Shown piece by piece: positions 10,312 through 20,848 of a DNA stretch of 64,000 bases. Source of the stretch: Candidatus Eiseniibacteriota bacterium (lineage in GTDB: Bacteria; Eisenbacteria; RBG-16-71-46). Under the pieces are notes generated by a model that ran no database searches, had not been told where the DNA came from, and saw only the letters and a list, made by a program, of their open reading frames with translations. A program made the translations under genes and the position numbers. How positions within the stretch are numbered: the stretch's first letter is position 1; every line of letters starts with the position of its first letter. Location: NCBI GenBank assembly GCA_963776245.1, contig CAVZLN010000003.1, positions 384,001 through 448,000 on the forward strand, given 5' to 3'.

Positions 10312-12471
10312 ATGCACTCCCGACCGCAGTCCCTCACCGGCATCGCTCGGTGCTCCCTCGCGGCGCTCGTCGCGCTGCTCGCGTCGGGCTGCGCGCGGCC
10401 CTCGCACCCGGGAGCGAGCGTGGGCGAGGCCGCGCGGCTCCCGGAGCACTACGCCCACTCCATCACGGCGCTCGGCCACCCCGGCGCGTACCGCGCGTTC
10501 CAGGTCGGGCACGGCAGCGTGGTGGGCACCGGCGAATGCGCACTCGAATGGCGACTCGACGGCAACGGCGACGAGGTGCGGACGTCGCCGGTGTGGTTCG
10601 AGCGGGATGGCGTGCCGGTCGCCCATTGGACCATGACCGCGCCCGGCCGGCGGGTCTCCTTCGAGGCCGCCGCCGTCCCGAGCGGAGCGCTCGGTGACAC
10701 CAGCCTCGTGTGCGCGGTGCGCGCCACCGCCGAGTGCGTGGGCGCGGCGACCGTCGAGGTGGGGCTGGAGGCGCGCGTGCGCAGCCTGCCCGACGGACCT
10801 CATTCGGTGCCCTGGGACGCTCCCGAGCGCTGGCGCTTCGACGAGGCATGGCGCGGTCACGACGCGCTGCGCGATGGCCGCGTGGTCGCGGTGGTGGACC
10901 GGTCGGCCCGGATCGCGGCGGGGGCGCCGACGCCGGCGCGTCCGTCCCGCGTCGAGGGCCCGGGGGTGGGCTCCCTGATCGCGCGCTGTGAAGCTCGCCT
11001 CGCGCCCGGCGAGCGCCGCTCGTGGGACTTCTGGATCCCGCTGTACCCGCTGGGCCCCCGTGATCGCAGCCCCGGGCGCCAGGCCGGGCCCGATCGCGTG
11101 ATCCCGCGGGCCAGGCAATGGTGGCGCGAGACGCTCGGGCGCGCGACCGTGTTCCAGACCCCCGACACGCTCGCGAACCTCGCCTGGCGCGCCGCGATCG
11201 TGACCCTGGTGCAGTGCCAGCAGCGCGACGCCGGGCGCTGGGTGCCGATCGGCAATCCGTTCCAGTATCGCGACGTGTGGATCCGCGACGGCGCACGCGT
11301 GGTGCGCGCGCTGGCGGTCGCGGGGCTGGTGGAGTACGCGCGCGACGACGCACGGACACTCACCGAATTCCAGCTCCCGTGTGGCGCGCTGCTCTCCCAG
11401 CGCGGCCAGCTCGATGGCACCGGGGAGGCGCTGTGGGCGTTCGAGCAGGCGAGCGCGCTCACGGGCGACGCCGCGCTCGCGCGCGAGCTGCTGCCGGTGG
11501 CGCAGCGCGGTCTCGACTGGATCGCTCGCCAGCGCGCGGCCACCACCACCCTGGGTCTGCCCGGGGCGGGCCTGCTGCCCTACGGTGACCCGCGGGACGG
11601 CGAGCTGGTGGTGGCCCAGCTGATCGGCAACGACGCCTGGGGGATCGCCGGCTGCGACGCGGTGGCCTCCCTGGCGCGCCGGGCCGGGGACGACGCGCTC
11701 GCCGCGCGCGCGGCCCGTCAGGCCGCCGACTACCGGGCCACGTTCGTCGCCGCGCTCGCGCGCGTCCGGCATCCGGATCTTCCACCCTCGTTCGCGGGCC
11801 CCGGGCGCGACTGGGGCAACACCTCGGTCGGCTATCCCACCCGCGCGCTCCCCGTCGGCGATCGGCGTCTGGCGGCGCTCGCGCAGCGCATGCTGGCCCG
11901 CGGGGGGGACACCGGACTCACCTGCTACGGGCCCGACGACTCCCTGCACACCTACAACGGGTCCGACCTCGCGCAGTGGGCGCTGCTGGCCGGCCGCCCC
12001 GCGCTCGCGCGCGGCTGGCTGGCCGGCGTGCTCGCCCACAGCAGCAGCACGCTCGGCCAGGCCGAGATCTTCGATCGTCGTGACGGCGGTTTCGGCATCA
12101 ATCTCCCGCCCCACTCGACCGCCGCGGCCACCCTGGTGGACCTGATGCGCAATCTGGTGCTCAGCGATCTCGGCGACACGCTCGAGCTCGCGCTCGGCGC
12201 GGACACCACGTGGTGGCGCGGCACTCGCCTCGAGCGGGCACCCACTCGGTTCGGGGTCACGACGGTGTCGCTCGAACGGCCGGCCTCCGACCGGCTGCGC
12301 CTGCGTCTCGAGCCGCTCCCGGCGCCATTGCGCGTGCGTGTCCCCGATGGCCTGCGCGCGACCGCCGCGCTCTCGCCCGGGGCGCGAGTGATCTCGGACG
12401 CCTGGGTGGAGGCACCACCGCGCGCGACCGAAGTGACGTTCACGGTCGCCGATCGGGTCCCGCCGCGATGA
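10312..12471 (+). CDS. lipoprotein with six-hairpin glycosidase-like (alpha/alpha)6 domain
   Basis: Lipobox-like [27 protein letters not shown] and GLLP motifs typical of GH15/GH63-like folds. Confidence 0.65.
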   Translation: MHSRPQSLTGIARCSLAALVALLASGCARPSHPGASVGEAARLPEHYAHSITALGHPGAYRAFQVGHGSVVGTGECALEWRLDGNGDEVRTSPVWFERDGVPVAHWTMTAPGRRVSFEAAAVPSGALGDTSLVCAVRATAECVGAATVEVGLEARVRSLPDGPHSVPWDAPERWRFDEAWRGHDALRDGRVVAVVDRSARIAAGAPTPARPSRVEGPGVGSLIARCEARLAPGERRSWDFWIPLYPLGPRDRSPGRQAGPDRVIPRARQWWRETLGRATVFQTPDTLANLAWRAAIVTLVQCQQRDAGRWVPIGNPFQYRDVWIRDGARVVRALAVAGLVEYARDDARTLTEFQLPCGALLSQRGQLDGTGEALWAFEQASALTGDAALARELLPVAQRGLDWIARQRAATTTLGLPGAGLLPYGDPRDGELVVAQLIGNDAWGIAGCDAVASLARRAGDDALAARAARQAADYRATFVAALARVRHPDLPPSFAGPGRDWGNTSVGYPTRALPVGDRRLAALAQRMLARGGDTGLTCYGPDDSLHTYNGSDLAQWALLAGRPALARGWLAGVLAHSSSTLGQAEIFDRRDGGFGINLPPHSTAAATLVDLMRNLVLSDLGDTLELALGADTTWWRGTRLERAPTRFGVTTVSLERPASDRLRLRLEPLPAPLRVRVPDGLRATAALSPGARVISDAWVEAPPRATEVTFTVADRVPPR

Positions 12472-13127
12472 GTGCCCGCGAGCGCGGGCGCCCCCGTCGG
12501 ACGCGCGCGACCGGACGAGCGCCGGCGCCGCGCGCGCCCAGGCGCCGCGCGCGGCCGCTGCGGAGATGGGTGGGCGCGGGCGCCGCGGCCGTGCTCGCGG
12601 GCGCGGTGCTGGCGTGGTGGCTGCTGCCCCCGCGACGCGAGGCGCCTCGCGATCCACGAGCGACGGTGCCCTCCTCCGCCGCGGCCGAGAGCGCCACCCG
12701 CGCGATCGCGGCCGAGGACTGGGCGGCGTCTCTCTACTGGGCCGACCTGCTGGCCGCGCGCGAACCGCGGAACTCCCGCCTGATGCTGAACCTCGCCATG
12801 GCGTCCAACAACTTCGCCTTCGGGGGCCACCGGTCCGCGCGCGCGCGCGACGCGACCCGCTCGAGCCTGGAGCGCGCGCGCATCGAGCGACGCGCCTTCG
12901 CACTGCTCGACTCGGCGGCGGCGCTCACGGGTGACGCGAGGGAATCGGCGTACATCCTGGAGTGGCGCGGGCAGCTCTACGAGGTCCTCGGGCTGCCCCT
13001 CGAGGCCCTCGTGGTGTACGGCGGCGCGCTCGAGCGCTTCCCCGACTCTCCCGAAGCGCGGACTCGGATGGGCCTGCTCTATTCGGCGCTCGATGTGCCC
13101 CCCGCCCGAGGCGGGGCCCGGCCGTGA
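12468..13127 (+). CDS. membrane-anchored TPR-like protein (paralogue 1)
   Basis: ATGA overlap with upstream gene; Arg-rich N-terminus, TM helix, helical C-terminus WRGQLYEVLGLPLEAL..Y..AL...P. Confidence 0.7.
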   Translation: MSARERGRPRRTRATGRAPAPRAPRRRARPLRRWVGAGAAAVLAGAVLAWWLLPPRREAPRDPRATVPSSAAAESATRAIAAEDWAASLYWADLLAAREPRNSRLMLNLAMASNNFAFGGHRSARARDATRSSLERARIERRAFALLDSAAALTGDARESAYILEWRGQLYEVLGLPLEALVVYGGALERFPDSPEARTRMGLLYSALDVPPARGGARP

Positions 13128-13783
13128 AGCGACGCGCCCCGGTGGCGGTGGTCCCGCCACCTCGGAGGCCGCGGGGCAGGACGCCGGCCCGCGCGCACGC
13201 GTCCCGGGGCCGGGGGCGCGCCGCGCTGCTGGCGCTCGCCTTCCTGGTGGCTCTGGGCACGCTCGCCGGGTGGTGGTTCACCCGTCCTCGCGCGCGGCCC
13301 GCGCCGGTCGGCGACCCGAGCACGACCCGCGCGGCGCTGCTCGAGAGCCTTCAGGTGGCGGACGCCGCGCAGGACTGGGAGCGCCAGCTGGTGCTGACGC
13401 GACTGCTGGTGGATCGCGAGCCCCGCAGCTCGCCGCTGCTGCTCGGCCTCGGTCTGGCATGGAACAACTACGCGTGGGTCGGGGGGCGCTACGCGCGCGC
13501 CCGCACCTCCACTCGGACGACCCTCGAGCGCATGCGGATCGAGCGTTGGGCGTTCCAGCTGCTGGACTCCGCGGCGACCGTGGCCCGCACCCCCGAGGGG
13601 TTGACGCTGGTGCAGGTGTGGCGGGGCCAGATGTACGAGAACCTCGGGCTGCCGGCCGACGCTCTGGCGCTCTATCAGAGCGCGCTCGGCCGCTCGCCCG
13701 GGGACGCCAAGGCCAGGGAGCGCACGAGCTTCGTGATGAAGCAGTTCCACGACCCGGTCGCGCCCCCGGGCGCGCGCCCCTGA
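13124..13783 (+). CDS. membrane-anchored TPR-like protein (paralogue 2)
   Basis: GTGA overlap; aligns by eye with the upstream paralogue (REPR, NN.A, LER.RIER.AF.LLDSAA, WRGQ.YE.LGLP). Confidence 0.7.
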   Translation: MKRRAPVAVVPPPRRPRGRTPARAHASRGRGRAALLALAFLVALGTLAGWWFTRPRARPAPVGDPSTTRAALLESLQVADAAQDWERQLVLTRLLVDREPRSSPLLLGLGLAWNNYAWVGGRYARARTSTRTTLERMRIERWAFQLLDSAATVARTPEGLTLVQVWRGQMYENLGLPADALALYQSALGRSPGDAKARERTSFVMKQFHDPVAPPGARP

Positions 13784-13844
13784 GACCGGCGCCGCGGGTC
13801 GCCGCGGGAACGGATGTTGGGTGGGGGCCAGGAGCCGGGACAGG

Positions 13845-14291
13845 TCAGCGGCTGATGCGCAGCTCGCGGCCGGTCTCGAGCAGGGTCTTGAGCCCCGAGA
13901 GCACCGGGTTCCAGCCGTGCATCACCTCTCGCCACGTCGCGGTCTCACCCTCGAACTCGTCGTGCACGAGCGTGAGTCGGCAGGTCTCGCCGAGCGCGTC
14001 GATCTCCCACGTCACGCGCGACGGCCGGTCGCGGCAGGCCTCGGCGTGGTGGAGCATCGAGAACGAATGCACCAGCCGCGCCGGCGGCTCGCACTCGAGC
14101 ACCACGCCCTCGAGCGCCGCGGTGCCGTCGGCCTCGCGCCACGCGATGGGGCCGCCCACCGCGAGCGTGCTCTCGATCGCGGTCCCATAGAAGTAGCGCA
14201 CCGATTGGACCGGGTCGACGATCGCCTGCCACAGGCGTTCGGGGGTGGTCCGGATATAGACCTCCCACACGTGGCGCGGGCGGGACGTCAT
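13845..14291 (-). CDS. SRPBCC/AHSA1-like domain protein
   Basis: YIRTTPERLWQAI.DP, G.VLECEPP.RLV.SF, SRVTWEI, LTLVHD, GW..VLS.LKTLLETG. Confidence 0.88.
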   Translation of the reverse strand: MTSRPRHVWEVYIRTTPERLWQAIVDPVQSVRYFYGTAIESTLAVGGPIAWREADGTAALEGVVLECEPPARLVHSFSMLHHAEACRDRPSRVTWEIDALGETCRLTLVHDEFEGETATWREVMHGWNPVLSGLKTLLETGRELRISR

Positions 14292-14692
14292 CCTTCGCCC
14301 TCGAGCGGCAGTCCGCGCGCGACCCAGCCCCGGATGCCCTCCGCCAGCGACCACACCTCGGTGTAGCCCATGCTCTGCAGGTTGGCGGCCGCGAGCACGC
14401 TGCGGTAGCCCCCTCCGCACTGGAGCACCAGCGGCACGGCACGGTCGGGCCACCGCGCCTCGATGTCGCGCTCGATCACGCCGCGCCCGAGGTGCAGTGC
14501 GCCCGGGATGCGCGTGGCATCCCACTCGTGGTCCTCGCGTACGTCCACGAGCACCAGGAGCTCGCCGGCGGCACGGCGCGAGCGGTACTCCTCGATCGTC
14601 ATCTCGCGCACCCGCGCACGCATGTCCTCCACCAGGCGCTCGAAGGCCGGGCCGTGGCGGTGCGCAGGCTGGGGGTCGTCCGGCAGGCTCAT
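14288..14692 (-). CDS. rhodanese-like domain protein
   Basis: LVDVREDHEW, IPGALHL, catalytic-loop CGGGYRS, SLAEGIRGW. Confidence 0.9.
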   Translation of the reverse strand: MSLPDDPQPAHRHGPAFERLVEDMRARVREMTIEEYRSRRAAGELLVLVDVREDHEWDATRIPGALHLGRGVIERDIEARWPDRAVPLVLQCGGGYRSVLAAANLQSMGYTEVWSLAEGIRGWVARGLPLEGEG

Positions 14693-14699
14693 GGCGCCC

Positions 14700-15842
14700 C
14701 TAGGCCGCGGGTGCCGGCGCGGGGTCCGCGGCCGCAGCGTATTCCCGCACCACGCGGTAGAGCGCGTCGCGCTGCACCGGCACCTTGCCGGCCTCGCGGA
14801 TGGTCTGGACCATGCCTGCTTCCGCCACGCCCACCGGGCTGCGCGCCAGCGCGGCGTGGGCGATCTTCTCCACCCCGATGGTGCCGTCCAGATCGCTGGC
14901 GCCGAAGTTGAGCGCCACGCTGGCGGTGTCCTGACCGAGCATGACCCAGTAGGACTTCACGTGGGGCACGTTGTCGAACACCAGCCGCGAGAGGGCGATG
15001 GTCTTGAGGTCCTCGATCGCGGACGCCTGCCGGCGCACCAGCCCGGTGGTGCCGGGCTGGAACGCGAGCGGGATGAAGGCGAAGAACCCGGGTGCCTGGT
15101 CCTCGAGGTCCCGCAGGTCGATCATGTGCTGCACCCGCTCGGCGCGCGTTTCGATATGACCGTAGAGCAGCGTGGCGTTCGACGGGATCCCCATGGAATG
15201 GGCGGCCGCGTGGATCTCGAGCCAGCGCCGGGCGCCGATCTTCTGGGGGAACAACTCGCGCCGCACGCGCTCGCTGAACACCTCCGCGCCGCCGCCGGGC
15301 AGCGCGTCCAGCCCCACCCGGCGCAGCTGCTCCAGCACCCATTCCGCGGGCTGACGGGTGAGCCGGCAGAAGAAGTCGATCTCGACCGCGGTATAGGCCT
15401 TCACGCTCAGCCCGGGCTTCTTCTCCTTGACCCAGCGGATGACGTGCAGGTAGTCGTCGAAGCGCCACTTGTCGTGGAGACCCCCGACGATGTGGATCTC
15501 GTGGATGTCGGGATCCACATGGGCGAGCACCTCGTCCCGTCCCATCGTGTACGCGCCCGGGGCGCCGGGCTTCTTGGCGTAATCGCAGAAACGGCACGAC
15601 AACACGCACACGTTGGTGGGATTGAGCTGGCGGTTCACGCTGAAGTACACGCGCTCGCCGTGGCGGTCGCGCGCCACCGCGTCGGCGAGGCGCCCGAGCT
15701 CCACGACGTTCGCGTCGAACAGCCGGACGCCCTGCTCCTGGGTGATGCGTCCGCCCTCGAGGAGCACGTGTCGCGCGACGTCGACCAGCGGGTCCCGCAG
15801 GTGGAGCGCGCGAACGTGGTCGAGGGAGGTGGCTCGGGGCAT
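14700..15842 (-). CDS. mqnE: aminofutalosine synthase, radical SAM (CofH/MqnC/MqnE family)
   Basis: NPTNVCVLSCRFC, IHIVGGLH, LPGGGAEVF, NATLLYGHIE, FIPLAFQP, FGASDLDGT. Confidence 0.85.
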   Translation of the reverse strand: MPRATSLDHVRALHLRDPLVDVARHVLLEGGRITQEQGVRLFDANVVELGRLADAVARDRHGERVYFSVNRQLNPTNVCVLSCRFCDYAKKPGAPGAYTMGRDEVLAHVDPDIHEIHIVGGLHDKWRFDDYLHVIRWVKEKKPGLSVKAYTAVEIDFFCRLTRQPAEWVLEQLRRVGLDALPGGGAEVFSERVRRELFPQKIGARRWLEIHAAAHSMGIPSNATLLYGHIETRAERVQHMIDLRDLEDQAPGFFAFIPLAFQPGTTGLVRRQASAIEDLKTIALSRLVFDNVPHVKSYWVMLGQDTASVALNFGASDLDGTIGVEKIAHAALARSPVGVAEAGMVQTIREAGKVPVQRDALYRVVREYAAAADPAPAPAA

Positions 15843-15897
15843 GGGGTCTCCGTGGGTGCTCGGAACGGTCGCGGGAGTATAGCGATTCGGGAGTGGT

Positions 15898-18015
15898 CTA
15901 GCGCAGTAGGACGATCCGGCGGGTCAGCGCGATCGTGCCGGAGCGCAGGTCGACGAAGTACACCCCGGGGCCGACCGGCATCCCCGCGTCGTCGCGCCCG
16001 TCCCAGCCGATCGTGCGGGTTCCGCCCGGGAGCTCGTACGGCGCGCCGAGGGTGCGGACCGCGCGCCCGGTGAGGTCCAGGATCCGGATCGAGGCGAGCG
16101 CCGGGCCCGGCGTCTCGATCACCAGCACGACCGAGCCCGTGCTCGGATTCGGCCGGGGTGGGAGCAGGCGGAGCGCGACCCTCTCGGGGGCGGGCGTTGC
16201 GGGGACGCCGACGGTGAGGGTCGGCCGGGGTCCGTACCAGGGCACCGGCCGGCCGCGCTCGTAGCACCCCAGGTCCGGCGCGGCTCCGGTGTAGCCGTCG
16301 TTGATGTTGGGCAGCACCTGGCCCCGGTCCACCGCGACGCTGCCCGCCTTGAGCTGGAGATCGATGTCCGAGGGCGAGTAGGGCGTGCCGTAGCCCTGCG
16401 CCCAGTCCCACTCGGGATGTACCGGGTAGGAGGCCGTGACGAACTCGCCGATGGTGACTTCGATCCCGTGCTCCTCCTGCCCGGCGCCGGCGAAGAACGC
16501 GGGGAGATTCGCATACGTCCCGCTGTTGTACCGGACGAGGTTCGCCTGCTGCCGGTTGTACCCGTCGTAGTCCAGGTCGCCGCGCTGGCCCCCGGCGACG
16601 TACAGGGTGTAGAGGTTCGGGCGCGCGCCGAGCAGCAGGTTGTTGCGATTCCGCACGTGGTGCCAGAGGCCGCTCTCGTACCAGCCCGACTTGGAACAGA
16701 TGTTGGTGTTGTGGAACGCGAGCATGCCGCTCGTCTCCTGCGGATCGAGGGCGCCGAAGTAGGCGGTCTCCTGGTGGTACTTGAAGGGGTCGATCCGCGT
16801 GTTGTACATCTCGTTGTAGAGGAAGTAGCACGGCCCGCCGAAACTGGGCTGGCAGCTCACCGCGCTTCCCGAGTTGAGGAAACGGTTGCGGAACACGCGG
16901 ACATTCTGGTGGATCGCGTCGGTCTGGCACGCGTCGTCGCTCGCGCGGTCCACGAGGTTGTTGTAGATGTCCACGTTGAAGGTGCGCAGGCCCGTCCCGT
17001 CGCTCTCGCCCGCCTGCAGCCCGTCCCAGGACTCCACCACCCGGTTGTAGCAGATGATGATGCCGTTCCCCGTGACCGCGACGCCGTAGCCGCCGGTGCC
17101 GTAGGTCCCCGTCCGGCCGATGGCCGCCCAGTCACCCGGCATCAGGAACGTGTTGTCGGCGATGAACAGATCGCGGACCGCGTCGCCGAGGATCCCCCGG
17201 GTGGACACCAGCTGGTGGACGGGCTGGATGATGCAACCGCGGATCACGACGCCGACGGAGCCGCCGACCAGCACGGGCCGCAGACAGTTGGCGAGGGTCA
17301 TGCTCTCGATGAAGACGTACTGGCGGGCGGTGAGATCGACGCAGTTGGAAGTGCCACTCGTCCCGCCGTTCCCGTCCAGGATCACCGTGGCCGGATCCGC
17401 GCCGAGGTAGACGATCGGGTCCGTGGCGGTGCCGTCGTGCACCGGGACGAACTTGGTCCCGTAGGTGCCGGGCTGGAGGATGAAGATGTCGCCCGGGGCC
17501 GCCGCGGCGTCAGCGGCCGCCAGGCCCTTGAACGGATCCGCCGGCGTGCCCGTCCCCCCGCCGCTCCCGGGGATCACGTGGCGCACCCGGCCGTTCGCGG
17601 CGGGACGCGGTTCGGCGCGCGTGACGACCGTCACGATCTGCTGGGCGTAGCCACCGTCGGGATCGCTGAGGGTCAGCCGGACGTCGTATGCGGTGGCGGG
17701 CTCGAGGAAGAAGATGCTCCCGGCCAGCAGGTTGCCGGGGTCCTCGCCGTGGTGCCAGAGGCCGGTCTCCACGCGCCACAGGGGCTGGGCGCTGCGCCAG
17801 ACGGACTCGCCCGACTTGCGATACTCCACCCCGACCGCGCAGTCGAGGTCGTCGTCGCCGGTGATCCGCCACTCGAATCCGGCACACTCGATGGTGGTGT
17901 ACGAGGTGATCGCCCCCGGCACGGTCGAGTTGGCGGCGGCCGCCGTCCCCGTCCACCCGGCCACCAGGCCGGCGGCCAGCAGCGCGGGGACCGTCCAGGT
18001 TCTCTCTCGGCGCAT
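15898..18015 (-). CDS. secreted right-handed beta-helix protein with C-terminal FlgD-Ig-like domain
   Basis: Signal peptide, Asn/Gly-rich beta-helix repeats, APDLGCYE; C-terminal PNPS..ILDLTGRAVRTL..WDGRDDAG.PV.PGVYFV. Confidence 0.8.
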   Translation of the reverse strand: MRRERTWTVPALLAAGLVAGWTGTAAAANSTVPGAITSYTTIECAGFEWRITGDDDLDCAVGVEYRKSGESVWRSAQPLWRVETGLWHHGEDPGNLLAGSIFFLEPATAYDVRLTLSDPDGGYAQQIVTVVTRAEPRPAANGRVRHVIPGSGGGTGTPADPFKGLAAADAAAAPGDIFILQPGTYGTKFVPVHDGTATDPIVYLGADPATVILDGNGGTSGTSNCVDLTARQYVFIESMTLANCLRPVLVGGSVGVVIRGCIIQPVHQLVSTRGILGDAVRDLFIADNTFLMPGDWAAIGRTGTYGTGGYGVAVTGNGIIICYNRVVESWDGLQAGESDGTGLRTFNVDIYNNLVDRASDDACQTDAIHQNVRVFRNRFLNSGSAVSCQPSFGGPCYFLYNEMYNTRIDPFKYHQETAYFGALDPQETSGMLAFHNTNICSKSGWYESGLWHHVRNRNNLLLGARPNLYTLYVAGGQRGDLDYDGYNRQQANLVRYNSGTYANLPAFFAGAGQEEHGIEVTIGEFVTASYPVHPEWDWAQGYGTPYSPSDIDLQLKAGSVAVDRGQVLPNINDGYTGAAPDLGCYERGRPVPWYGPRPTLTVGVPATPAPERVALRLLPPRPNPSTGSVVLVIETPGPALASIRILDLTGRAVRTLGAPYELPGGTRTIGWDGRDDAGMPVGPGVYFVDLRSGTIALTRRIVLLR

Positions 18016-18217
18016 GTGCCGTTCCCTTCCTCAAGCGCGGCGTGCCGTGCCAGCGCTTGCAGCGCTTCCAGCACTCCCGCGGCGCGCATCGCGCCAGGTC
18101 TCCCCGCGGCCCAACCGCCGGAGACTAGCATCGATCCGTCGGATCGGCCGACCGGCCCGGGGCGGAGCACGGTCATGCCGCGGGTCCCGCGCTCCCGGCG
18201 TGGCCGGGGACCGCTCG

Positions 18218-20848
18218 TCACATCGAGAAGTAGCGCGTCGCCTTGACGAGGAAGATGTTGCTCGCCTTGGTGTCGAGCAGGCGGTCGAACGAGCGCCGGA
18301 TGGCGAAGTCCGGGAGCAGCTCGTGGTCCACACGCTCCTGGGTCCACACCAGGAAGAAGGTCGAGCCGGGCAGGTACTCCCAGCGCAGCACCGCGTTCCC
18401 GCGCAGCGACTTGAAGTCGAAATCGGGATCGTCGAACGAGAACGGCGCGCCGTTCGGCGGCGTGATCGTGATCTTCCCGTCGCTGGAGACCGCCCCCGCG
18501 CCGTAGGGGATGAAGTCGTAGCTGCGCGGCCGCGCCAGCTCCTTGTACCCGCCGAATCGAGCGGAGGAGACCAGCGGCTGCGCGAAGAGCTGGAGCGAGA
18601 GCCGCGGGCTGACGGTCCAGTTCAGGCGCACGTTCGCGTACACGGTGCGCTGGTCGAGCGTGGCGAACACGTACCGATGGCCGTAGGTCGCGGTCGCGGC
18701 CGGGTCGTCGTTCCCCGGGACCCACTGGGCGTCCTCGAGGACCCGTTCGTAGCCGGGCCCGACGCCCAGGGTGACGTTCGAGACCGGCTTCCATTCCACG
18801 CTGGGATAGGCGTTCCAGCTGTACGAGCCCGAGGTCTGGCGCGAGCCGTTGACTTCCACGAAATAGGTGATCGGTCGCTGCTCGTCCGTCTCGATGCGCC
18901 CGTAGATCTCCTCGCCCGGCATCATGAGCATGAGCGGGCCGCCGCGCGTGCGCCGCGCGTCGATCGCGCGGAGGAAATGGTCGACGTTGACCTGGGTCTC
19001 CCAGTTGTTGATCCAGGTCGTGCGCGCGCTCGCCCAGCCGGCGACCGCCGTGTGATCGCCATCGAGATCCCAGCTCGAGAACACCGTGCCGAGCACATTC
19101 GCGTAACGGCGCCAGGAATTGGTGGTGGTCCACTGATAGCCGGTGCCGGCGTGGCCGTTGATCACGTCGGCGTATCGCATGTAGCCCATCTCGTTGACGT
19201 CGAACCGCGGGTCCATGTAGCCGACCGCGGCGTTGAGGAGCACGTTCCCGTTCTGTTTGTTGAGCCAGTACCGGCTGCCGAAACCGGTCAGCGAGCGGGC
19301 CCCCGGGTCGAGCCGGTCGCCGACGCGGTCCGGGCGCTGGAGATAGTGGCGCGGCGAGCGCTGGAGCGCGTCGATCCGCGCCGGGCTGCCATCGATGCGC
19401 GACAGGGCGGTCCAGCCCGAGATCACATAGGTCTTGCGGGCATCGAGGAAGGTCCAGCCGTCGAACCCGGCCATCAGCGAACTGCTCGAGAGCGCGTCCC
19501 GGACGTCGGCCCGGTCCAGCCGGCGGGCGGCCAGCGTGCTCATCACGCCGAATCCACTGCGGCGGTCCTTGAACTCCTTGAGCGCGTGGGTGGCGCCGTA
19601 GTACGTCAGCGGCTCGGCCTCGGCGTCCCAGCGCGTGCCGTCCGACTGGTAGCGCGCGGTCTCGCGCCCGGTGAGCGCGTGGAGGGTGCCGAAATTGACC
19701 GTGGGGGTGAGCTTGCCGGTGATCTTCGCGGCGCCGAGGATGCGGGTGCCGATCGGCACGTCGGAGTATTCCGCGCTGTCGTCGACGAGCTGCGGCGAGC
19801 GACCGATGCGGCGGCTGTAGAAGAACATCGGTTCCGGCCAGTTGAAGTTCCAGTAGTCGTTCGCGCCCTCGTTGCCGAAGCGGAAGTTCGACGCGCCCTC
19901 GACGAAGAACGGGCGCTTCTCGTCGAAGAACGACTCGACATCGGACAGGTTCACCACCGCCGGGTCCACCTCGACCTGGCCGAAGTCGGGGTTCGCGGTG
20001 GCGTTCAGCGTCAGCCGGCTGCCGAGGCTGGTGCGCAGGTCCACGCCGCCCTCGGGGGTGTACTCGCTGCCGTCGCGGAACGGGTCAGCGGCGGCGTGGC
20101 GCAGGAACTCGCCCCGGGTGGTGGCGTAGGGCACCACCTCGACGGCGCGCCCCGGGCGGATGCCATCGAGCCCCACCAGGTCGCCGAAGCGGGAGACGAA
20201 TCCGCTCTCCTTCTTGGGCGGGTAGGCGAGGAACGCCTCCTCGGTCTTGCGCGGGAGGACGCGGCGGAGATTCACCCCCCACACCTGGCGGTCGCCCCGA
20301 TTGAAGCGCAGCTGGGAGAACGGGATGCGCATCTCGCAAGTCCATCCGCGGTCGTCCACGTGCGCCGCTCCGCTCCAGACGCCATCCCACGAAGCGTCCT
20401 CGAAACCGTCATTGGAGAGCGTGCCGTCGTACTGCGTGCCGGCGGCGTTCACCATGAAGTAGTAGCCGCTGCGCCGGTCGAGGTAGGGATCGAGGTAGAA
20501 GGAGAAGCGGTCCGCGCTGATGGATACGTCGCGGCGCGCGAGCCGCGCCACGATCGAGTCGGGGTGGGAGTCCCACAGGCGGGCCCCGAGGTAGATGGCG
20601 TCGTCGTCGAAGGCCACGCGCACCTCGGTGCGCTCGGACCCCGGTGCGCCCTCGACCGGGTCGCGCTGGAAGAAGTCGGTGAAGGCGGGGGCACCCTGCC
20701 AGACCGCCTCGGTGAGCTCGCCATCCACGACGATCGGAGCGGTCAGACGCACCGCCGTCACCCGCGGATGGGGGATGGCGTCTCCCACCGCCGCGTCCGC
20801 GATGCCGGCGAGCAGGCAGATCGCGAACAGTGAGAAGAGGCTGCGCAT
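18218..20848 (-). CDS. CBM9-like / DUF5916-type outer-membrane protein
   Basis: Signal peptide; IVVDGELTE.VW, TEVRVAFDDDAIY, W.CEMRIPFSQLRF, TANPDFGQVEVD, EKRPFFVEG, FYSRRIGR. Confidence 0.82.
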   Translation of the reverse strand: MRSLFSLFAICLLAGIADAAVGDAIPHPRVTAVRLTAPIVVDGELTEAVWQGAPAFTDFFQRDPVEGAPGSERTEVRVAFDDDAIYLGARLWDSHPDSIVARLARRDVSISADRFSFYLDPYLDRRSGYYFMVNAAGTQYDGTLSNDGFEDASWDGVWSGAAHVDDRGWTCEMRIPFSQLRFNRGDRQVWGVNLRRVLPRKTEEAFLAYPPKKESGFVSRFGDLVGLDGIRPGRAVEVVPYATTRGEFLRHAAADPFRDGSEYTPEGGVDLRTSLGSRLTLNATANPDFGQVEVDPAVVNLSDVESFFDEKRPFFVEGASNFRFGNEGANDYWNFNWPEPMFFYSRRIGRSPQLVDDSAEYSDVPIGTRILGAAKITGKLTPTVNFGTLHALTGRETARYQSDGTRWDAEAEPLTYYGATHALKEFKDRRSGFGVMSTLAARRLDRADVRDALSSSSLMAGFDGWTFLDARKTYVISGWTALSRIDGSPARIDALQRSPRHYLQRPDRVGDRLDPGARSLTGFGSRYWLNKQNGNVLLNAAVGYMDPRFDVNEMGYMRYADVINGHAGTGYQWTTTNSWRRYANVLGTVFSSWDLDGDHTAVAGWASARTTWINNWETQVNVDHFLRAIDARRTRGGPLMLMMPGEEIYGRIETDEQRPITYFVEVNGSRQTSGSYSWNAYPSVEWKPVSNVTLGVGPGYERVLEDAQWVPGNDDPAATATYGHRYVFATLDQRTVYANVRLNWTVSPRLSLQLFAQPLVSSARFGGYKELARPRSYDFIPYGAGAVSSDGKITITPPNGAPFSFDDPDFDFKSLRGNAVLRWEYLPGSTFFLVWTQERVDHELLPDFAIRRSFDRLLDTKASNIFLVKATRYFSM

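Noticed and set aside
17693..20833. 1046-aa plus-strand ORF and similar long ORFs (5569-7794, 10207-12903, 23536-25836, 26355-28487, 32786-35158, 43768-46017, 50711-52666)
   Set aside because: Antisense or off-frame shadows of recognisable genes; stop codons are scarce at this GC and the translations show no family motifs.
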